Source: Candidatus Nomurabacteria bacterium
GTDB lineage: Bacteria > Patescibacteriota > Patescibacteriia > HK-STAS-PATE-3
Length of the DNA stretch: 64,000 nt
Assembly (NCBI GenBank): GCA_023898465.1
Contig: CP060223.1
Coordinates: forward strand, 480,001 to 544,000
Direction: 5' to 3'
A program made the translations under genes and the position numbers. How positions within the stretch are numbered: the stretch's first letter is position 1; every line of letters starts with the position of its first letter. Under the pieces are notes generated by a model that was not told the DNA's origin, did no database searches, and saw nothing but the letters and a program-made list of their open reading frames with translations. Positions 58,964 to 64,000 of the stretch are shown here, one piece after another.

Positions 58964-59563
58964 ATGTCGCTTATTCAGGCTCGTGTACACGAGCAAATAG
59001 CCTTCAGCAATCAAGCTGATTTCACACGACTACTGCAGCGCTATCTCGTCGCGGACCAAATCCAGCCGGGGCATCAGAACGGTACAGCTGAAGTCTCGGA
59101 AAGGCCGCGGGTGGTTCGTTTTCCTGGATGCCTGGTAGTGACGGCCGCCTATCGAAACCTCGCAGTTGGAGGGATCGACCGGTCAGACCTGCACAGACTG
59201 CATCACTTGCACGCATCACTTCGCGCCGAGCTGTATGAACCTGATGAGCTGGCCCGGGTTGGATTCTGGTCGCAGACTGATCCGGCTGCCGTCGTCACTC
59301 TCACAGCCCTGGGTGGCGGGATTCAAGAGGTTCGCTTCTTCGAATCCGAATGGCAAAGGTGCGATCAAATTCCACTCTTCTTCCAACGACTCCGTGAAGA
59401 GCATGGCGATGACGCAAATATCATCGTGCTAGAAGCGGCAGCTGCGAAGGAGATGCTCGAACTGGGCATCACGCCAAAGAGCTTGCAGTGTTTCTTGGTC
59501 CAGATCGATGCCCACCGGGTTTCTGTCGTCGACAACTTCATGCCAACTTTCGTGCCCAAGTAG
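58964..59563 (+). CDS. hypothetical protein (GC-rich, probably acquired)
   Basis: GGAGGT RBS 6 nt upstream of the start, no motif, and marked GC elevation relative to the flanks. Confidence 0.45.
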   Translation: MSLIQARVHEQIAFSNQADFTRLLQRYLVADQIQPGHQNGTAEVSERPRVVRFPGCLVVTAAYRNLAVGGIDRSDLHRLHHLHASLRAELYEPDELARVGFWSQTDPAAVVTLTALGGGIQEVRFFESEWQRCDQIPLFFQRLREEHGDDANIIVLEAAAAKEMLELGITPKSLQCFLVQIDAHRVSVVDNFMPTFVPK

Positions 59564-59575
59564 GAGGATCTCCCA

Positions 59576-59607
59576 GGCCCTGAGGTAAACACTTCAGGGC
59601 CTTTTTT
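59576..59607 (+). terminator. rho-independent terminator
   Basis: GGCCCTGA-loop-TCAGGGCC followed by TTTTTT. Confidence 0.55.
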
Positions 59608-59621
59608 ATTTTACGTATGAC

Positions 59622-59649
59622 TTGACAAAAGCCCTCTTTTTAGTATACT
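59622..59649 (+). promoter_or_regulatory. sigma70-like promoter (TTGACA-16-TATACT)
   Basis: TTGACAaaagccctctttttagTATACT, with a GAGGAGG RBS before the GTG start at 59719. Confidence 0.45.
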
Positions 59650-59718
59650 GGCCGGTCTAGAAATAGTAGTAGCTATCGAACGGAACGTATATTCACAAAG
59701 GGAAGAGGAGGCTCAAAC

Positions 59719-61161
59719 GTGGTGCAGAAGACTGCCACGGCTTGGGTCGTGGCATTCATTCTTCTGTTCTGCCACGCTCAAGCCTCGACTGCTACAGTCA
59801 CTCATTTCGTTTTTGGCATGCGCGGCAACGCGAATGTCGACGTGTGTGACAACGGCGACCTTCGCCAGTTTCACACCACGCCGGCAGGTGGACTCGTATT
59901 CACCAGTATGGGAGGTGGCGAATTCGAGATCGGTCTCGAGGGTCAAGTCAGCTGCAGTCGTGATGGAGGAGGTGGAGAAAACCTCATCCAAAACGGCGCT
60001 TTTGACCAGGGCACTTGCTCAGAATGGGAATTGGAGGACCCCAATGGACGCGCTGCAGCATCCTGTAGCAATGAGGGTCGCGTCACCGTGCAGAGTAGCG
60101 GACAATACTACGAAGTCCAGCTCAAGCAATCGATCCCGCTGATCAATGGTCAATGGTATCGTCTGAGCTTCGACGGCGACAGTAGCGTTCGCCACATCAT
60201 ACCGGTCGGAATTATCAATCCGGCCAGCTATGATTCGATCGGCCTCTGGGCTGATTGCGATCTGCACACCGATCGACGCAGCTTCGAATACCTTTTTCGC
60301 TCCAGTGAGACCATCTCTGATGCACGCTTCAGTTTCTACATTGGTGAACATCCGGCGACCTATCGTTTCGACAACGTAACGATAGTGCCGGTTGATCCCA
60401 GTGCAGACTGTTTCCGTGCTCCAGGTGAACTCATTGTGAACGGAGGGTTCGAGTGCGATCAGGTCTGCCAGCACGCTTGGCGATTCGAGGATCACTTTGG
60501 ACCCGGCTATGCTCTGTGCGATGCTGTGTCCCATAGTGGTGCTCACTCAGCCAAGCTACGACCAGCTCAAGCGGGTCAGTACTACGAAACGCAGTATCAG
60601 CAGCTTGTCACTGTCCAACAGGGACAACGCTATGAATTGCGTTTCTACGCCCGGACCAATCGTGACCCGCAGACTATTGTGGTCGAGCTGGTTGACCCAC
60701 AGAGCTTTGCGAACCGCGGACTCGTCTTTGGTCCCGTGCTCAACAGTAGCTGGACTGAGGTGCGACAAAGCTTCACTGCCAATCGTAGTGGTGTTGCTCG
60801 TCTCGGTTTTGCGGTTGGTAACTGGGACCCTGGTACTCCGGTCTGGATCGACGACGTCAGCTTGCGTCCGGTACTTAGCGTCGGAGGCGGTGACGCACAA
60901 AGCGCGACACCATCAGCCCTGGCCACCCAAGCGAACGCTGCAGTCTTTGCTCTAGAGCAACGAGCTGATGTTCGTATCAACGTCTTTGACGTGGGAGGAC
61001 GTCAAATTGCTGGCGAGTCTCGCTCCTTGTCTGCCGGGACTCATACCTACATCTGGGACGGATTGCTGCACAGCGGTGTCCGTGCTCCCAGCGGCATTTA
61101 CTTTGTCCAGGTCACCGGCGCTAGTGTCCATGCCATCAAACGCATTGTAATGGTGCGTTAG
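59719..61161 (+). CDS. secreted protein with two CBM4_9-like carbohydrate-binding modules and a C-terminal T9SS-type (Por/FlgD-Ig-like) sorting domain; GC-rich
   Basis: GTG start and a signal peptide. There are two modules of about 150 aa starting NGAFDQG... / NGGFECD... with a conserved Trp/Tyr pattern. The C-terminal 70 aa (RINVFDVGGRQIA...GIYFVQV...KRIVMVR) match the sorting-domain pattern. Confidence 0.6.
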   Translation: MVQKTATAWVVAFILLFCHAQASTATVTHFVFGMRGNANVDVCDNGDLRQFHTTPAGGLVFTSMGGGEFEIGLEGQVSCSRDGGGGENLIQNGAFDQGTCSEWELEDPNGRAAASCSNEGRVTVQSSGQYYEVQLKQSIPLINGQWYRLSFDGDSSVRHIIPVGIINPASYDSIGLWADCDLHTDRRSFEYLFRSSETISDARFSFYIGEHPATYRFDNVTIVPVDPSADCFRAPGELIVNGGFECDQVCQHAWRFEDHFGPGYALCDAVSHSGAHSAKLRPAQAGQYYETQYQQLVTVQQGQRYELRFYARTNRDPQTIVVELVDPQSFANRGLVFGPVLNSSWTEVRQSFTANRSGVARLGFAVGNWDPGTPVWIDDVSLRPVLSVGGGDAQSATPSALATQANAAVFALEQRADVRINVFDVGGRQIAGESRSLSAGTHTYIWDGLLHSGVRAPSGIYFVQVTGASVHAIKRIVMVR

Positions 61162-61194
61162 AGGCTGGAACCATGCGTCAACACATCTACAACA

Positions 61195-61230
61195 GCGCCT
61201 GAAGAGATTTACTCTCTCAGGCGCTTTTTT
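61195..61230 (+). terminator. rho-independent terminator
   Basis: GCGCCTGA-loop-TCAGGCGC followed by TTTTTT. Confidence 0.55.
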
Positions 61231-61287
61231 GTATATGAAAAGCCGCCAAAGTTCCGAAGAAGCTTGGCGGCGAGAGACGAGGAGGGA

Positions 61288-61611
61288 TCAGGCGCCCTCA
61301 GTACTGACCTCCTCCTTCCCGCAAAGATGCAGGATGAATGACAATAGCGTGAGGAACCCGAGGATCCCGCCTGCAATAAGCAGGAACCAGCGGCCGAGGT
61401 CTCCGAAGAAACCCCGATAGACTCCTTCGATGAAGGGACGATGACCCGTGCCTTCAAACACGAGTACCGTGGGGAATCCTCCCCAAAACATGAGGAGGGA
61501 GATGATCGCAAGAGTCGCCACCGACACACCCATGGCAAAGGGCGACAGAATGATCGCCAGTCCCATGTGCTTTCCGACCAGCTTGAGCAAACCCGTAAAC
61601 AAGCGTGCCAT
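61288..61611 (-). CDS. small membrane protein (3 TM), GC-rich
   Basis: The start is at ATG 61611 (MARLFTG). A hairpin GCCGCCAA...TTGGCGGC plus T-rich tract lies downstream on the minus strand. Confidence 0.4.
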   Translation of the reverse strand: MARLFTGLLKLVGKHMGLAIILSPFAMGVSVATLAIISLLMFWGGFPTVLVFEGTGHRPFIEGVYRGFFGDLGRWFLLIAGGILGFLTLLSFILHLCGKEEVSTEGA

Positions 61612-61721
61612 AATAGTATTCCTCGTATGTACCGACCTCAAAAGGTCGAGTTTGAGTCAATGTACAAAACGTATCTGGGCAATATAATAGCACATTTCGT
61701 TTATTTTGTCAATATATAAAG

Positions 61722-62996
61722 CTAAAATCTTGCTAATCTTGGCGAATTATCATGCAATACTGTGCTTGCTGCAATAGTTTTACGGAAGCCCACTCGCTCT
61801 TGCGCATGCTTCCGTACATTCCACATTGCTCCCCAACGCAACATATACGCACCATAACGCTCATGCACTCGATCAATCACTGCTTCAACAGCATCGTGAT
61901 TTACCTCGGGCCAAATCTTGAGCTGACCGCTCCTTGGGCGTAAGCGAAAAGTGCCTATGCCTAAAAAAGTAAGGAAGCGTCCATGAACTTCTGGTGCTAA
62001 CATATCCCAGGCCAATTGAAAAAGCTTTCGCCCTTCGCGTAGCCCATCACCTAACTTACGCTGTCCACCGTGTGAAGCGCCTTCAGCCATACGGGTATAT
62101 TCACTTGGCACACTGCGAGCCATTGCCCAGATGCCATGGGCTTCTAAGTTCTTCTGGCGCAATTCCCGAGCAGTCTTTTCGCAAAGCTTCATCAACACCG
62201 CTCGGTGAAAAGTGTGATCGCGCGTACGTTCACGCAAGACATGCGTATGTCCAATTGACTTCGGGTCTCGCTCCTCCTGCACACCGCCTAATTCAATCCC
62301 TTGCACATTTGCCCAGAGCTCATAGCCACGCACTCCGAGAGCCTCCATTAGATTAGTAACTGGATAGCGATAAAGATCCTCGAGAGTAAAAATACCTAAA
62401 GCATGCAGGCGACGTTCATAGCCCTTATTAATCCCCCAAGCCTCAGTCACTGGTCGGCCGGCCAAGTAGCTTGGCACCTGGCGCCGCTCAAGCACAACCG
62501 TCCCACCCTTTGGCGCAATATCAGAGGCGAACTTAGCTAACCAGCGAGTTGGTGCTACCCCAATGGAACACCGCAGCCACTCGCCCACCTCGCGAAAAAT
62601 ACGCTGACGAAAAGCCTCACCTATCTTCGCCACTTCATCAAGTGAATGGGCGTCACCAGTGAAATCAACAAAAGCCTCGTCAATTGAGTAAGGCTCGATA
62701 TCCTCAGAGTACTCAGCCATGATACGAAAAATTGCTTCAGTGGTGGAATGATACTTTGGTGGATCAACCTCTACCACCTTCAGGGCAGGATAAATGTGCA
62801 AACCATCCTTCACCCGCATACCAGTCACAATGCCTAACGCTTTTGCTTCTCGTGAAGTGGCAATCATGCAGCCTCCCGGCGCCATGGTGGCGGCAATGCC
62901 GACCGGCCGACCTCGCAACTTCGGATTCGCCTGCTGCTCGACTGAGGCGAAATACGAGTTCATATCGAAATGGAGAATGAGGCGAGAATGAGACAT
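61722..62996 (-). CDS. dinB: Y-family DNA polymerase IV
   Basis: ILHFDMNSYFASVE...SIDEAFVDFTG catalytic motifs and a 424-aa length. Confidence 0.85.
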   Translation of the reverse strand: MSHSRLILHFDMNSYFASVEQQANPKLRGRPVGIAATMAPGGCMIATSREAKALGIVTGMRVKDGLHIYPALKVVEVDPPKYHSTTEAIFRIMAEYSEDIEPYSIDEAFVDFTGDAHSLDEVAKIGEAFRQRIFREVGEWLRCSIGVAPTRWLAKFASDIAPKGGTVVLERRQVPSYLAGRPVTEAWGINKGYERRLHALGIFTLEDLYRYPVTNLMEALGVRGYELWANVQGIELGGVQEERDPKSIGHTHVLRERTRDHTFHRAVLMKLCEKTARELRQKNLEAHGIWAMARSVPSEYTRMAEGASHGGQRKLGDGLREGRKLFQLAWDMLAPEVHGRFLTFLGIGTFRLRPRSGQLKIWPEVNHDAVEAVIDRVHERYGAYMLRWGAMWNVRKHAQERVGFRKTIAASTVLHDNSPRLARF

Positions 62997-63136
62997 ACGA
63001 TTACTTAACTAGATTGACAAAACAAGCTTATGGGTGGTAAGTAAGAGGACTGTCTGATGCCCCTGAATCGGGTGTCTGTGAGCACTTACTCACATCCGTG
63101 GTGGAGACAGTGTTCCTTACACAGGAGGTAAAACCT

Positions 63137-63655
63137 ATGAGTCGCAAGAGTGCTCACCAAACGAGGACTCCATCAGACATCAACGAAGAATCACCCTTTC
63201 TCAGAACGCTCTACTATTCCTTGATGAAGTGGAGTACGGTCCCGAGGAAAGAGATCGTGCCCGAACTACAGGACGAAATGAGACTGCGAGCTGAGACAAT
63301 GGGTCTCAGCGTCACTCTCTCCAGCGGCGTTCAGGGACCGAGCTACACCGACGTCGTGCTTGGGCTTTACGTCCTGCTGACCCGTAGCTACGTCGAGAGG
63401 TCTATCCAGAACATCATCTGGGGAGTCCTGGGTCACTGCACAAATCATCAGTTCGCCAAGTTCATCCGTTTGACCAACGCGCGGCACAACCCTAATCCCG
63501 AGAGCAGGACAAGGGCGATGAGGGCGCTCTATGAAATCGCTTCATTGGGCCATAGTCGCTGGCTCAATGTTGGGAAGTCCTGGCAACGGGGCGCGAGGTG
63601 GCGCATGAACGAGCTGATCAACTCTGGTCGCTTCGAGGCCCCAATCTATTGGTAA
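63137..63655 (+). CDS. hypothetical protein (GC-rich), divergent from dinB
   Basis: AGGAGG RBS 7 nt upstream of ATG 63137 (MSRKSAHQ). No motif. Confidence 0.4.
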   Translation: MSRKSAHQTRTPSDINEESPFLRTLYYSLMKWSTVPRKEIVPELQDEMRLRAETMGLSVTLSSGVQGPSYTDVVLGLYVLLTRSYVERSIQNIIWGVLGHCTNHQFAKFIRLTNARHNPNPESRTRAMRALYEIASLGHSRWLNVGKSWQRGARWRMNELINSGRFEAPIYW

Positions 63656-63698
63656 GGAAGCTACATAGCCCAGACACTCCGGTGTGCTGGGCTTTTTT

Positions 63699-63884
63699 CT
63701 ACTTCACAAACTCCACCTTTTCACACTCACTGCAATACATAGGCTTCATCGCATGCGTCACAAAGGAAGGTAAAGCACGCATAGGCTTAGCGCATTGACT
63801 GCAGCGCTTTGTGCCCCGCTCCTGTTTTGTTTCTCGAATCGTACGCGGTGTCATATATTTTCGTTTGCCCTCCATAGACACCAT
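63699..63884 (-). CDS. possible small zinc-ribbon protein (CxxC...CxxC)
   Basis: CSQCAKPM...CSECEKVEF. Coding status is uncertain. Confidence 0.25.
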   Translation of the reverse strand: MVSMEGKRKYMTPRTIRETKQERGTKRCSQCAKPMRALPSFVTHAMKPMYCSECEKVEFVK

Positions 63885-64000
63885 TCCAAGCGTATGGTGT
63901 CAAAACAAAGATCAAAAGTGTTGTCCTGGCTTGAAACAGCAAAATGATAATAAAGCTTATTGCCATCTCGGCGCCGATAGGTCAGATTCACCCGCTCCAC

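Noticed and set aside
63940-64000. Possible tRNA fragment at the window end
   Set aside because: No T-arm (GGTTCGAAT-like) or acceptor/CCA structure could be folded from the last 60 nt on either strand.
1-64000. CRISPR arrays, transposases, integrases
   Set aside because: No regularly spaced short direct repeats, and no ORF with DDE transposase or tyrosine/serine recombinase motifs. The tandem repeats found are coding (FG-GAP, FN3, TSP3).

Overview
This 64 kb window has about 42% GC by eye, uses the standard genetic code, and is tightly packed with genes, most on the minus strand. The gene content suggests an uncultivated, possibly monoderm or Patescibacteria-like bacterium, but taxonomy cannot be established from sequence alone.

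Reading left to right, the main blocks are:
- 60-7731: a lipid-linked glycosylation cluster with metK embedded (GT-C ArnT/PMT-like transferase, UDP-sugar dehydrogenase, two SDR epimerase/decarboxylase-type enzymes, GT2 polyprenyl-phosphate sugar synthase, GtrA).
- 7731-11743: a secreted S8 subtilisin with C-terminal FG-GAP repeats, co-transcribed with a PDZ-containing, apparently inactive HtrA-like protein.
- 12520-13863: two tandem paralogous membrane proteins with thrombospondin-type-3 Ca-binding repeats.
- 14914-16673: tRNA-Gln(CUG) and dnaX.
- 17956-22842: a frameshifted TraD/VirD4-like coupling-protein ATPase next to a membrane-tethered single-module ClpA/B-D1-like AAA+ ATPase.
- 24317-25693: cysS.
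- 25694-31108: a two-component module, namely a receiver-only response regulator, an OmpR-type response regulator, a histidine kinase interrupted by an in-frame TAA, a translationally coupled prenyltransferase/class-II-terpene-cyclase-like fusion protein, and a convergent LiaF-like membrane protein.
- 32568-36573: a copper locus (ArsR-YHS regulator, copA, a membrane plus cupredoxin protein, CopZ).
- 40035-41736: an ECF sigma factor with an anti-sigma-like partner.
- 41740-42230: an ORF-free 500 nt gap holding a promoter-and-terminator-bounded structured RNA candidate of about 360 nt.
- 42233-43885: a three-gene operon centred on a heliorhodopsin.
- 43926-45614: an MFS transporter.
- 46523-54537: an operon encoding a 1806-aa LVIVD/FN3 giant surface protein together with a MacB-like ABC transporter.
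- 54598-58886: mnmA, a BNR/Asp-box protein, a DUF360 holin-like protein and malQ.
- 61722-62996: dinB.

Three short, visibly GC-rich segments (roughly high-50s % GC) carry their own promoters and terminators and look horizontally acquired. Their cargo is two lipoproteins, a CBM4_9 protein with a T9SS-type C-terminal sorting domain, and two hypotheticals. No CRISPR array, transposase or integrase was seen.
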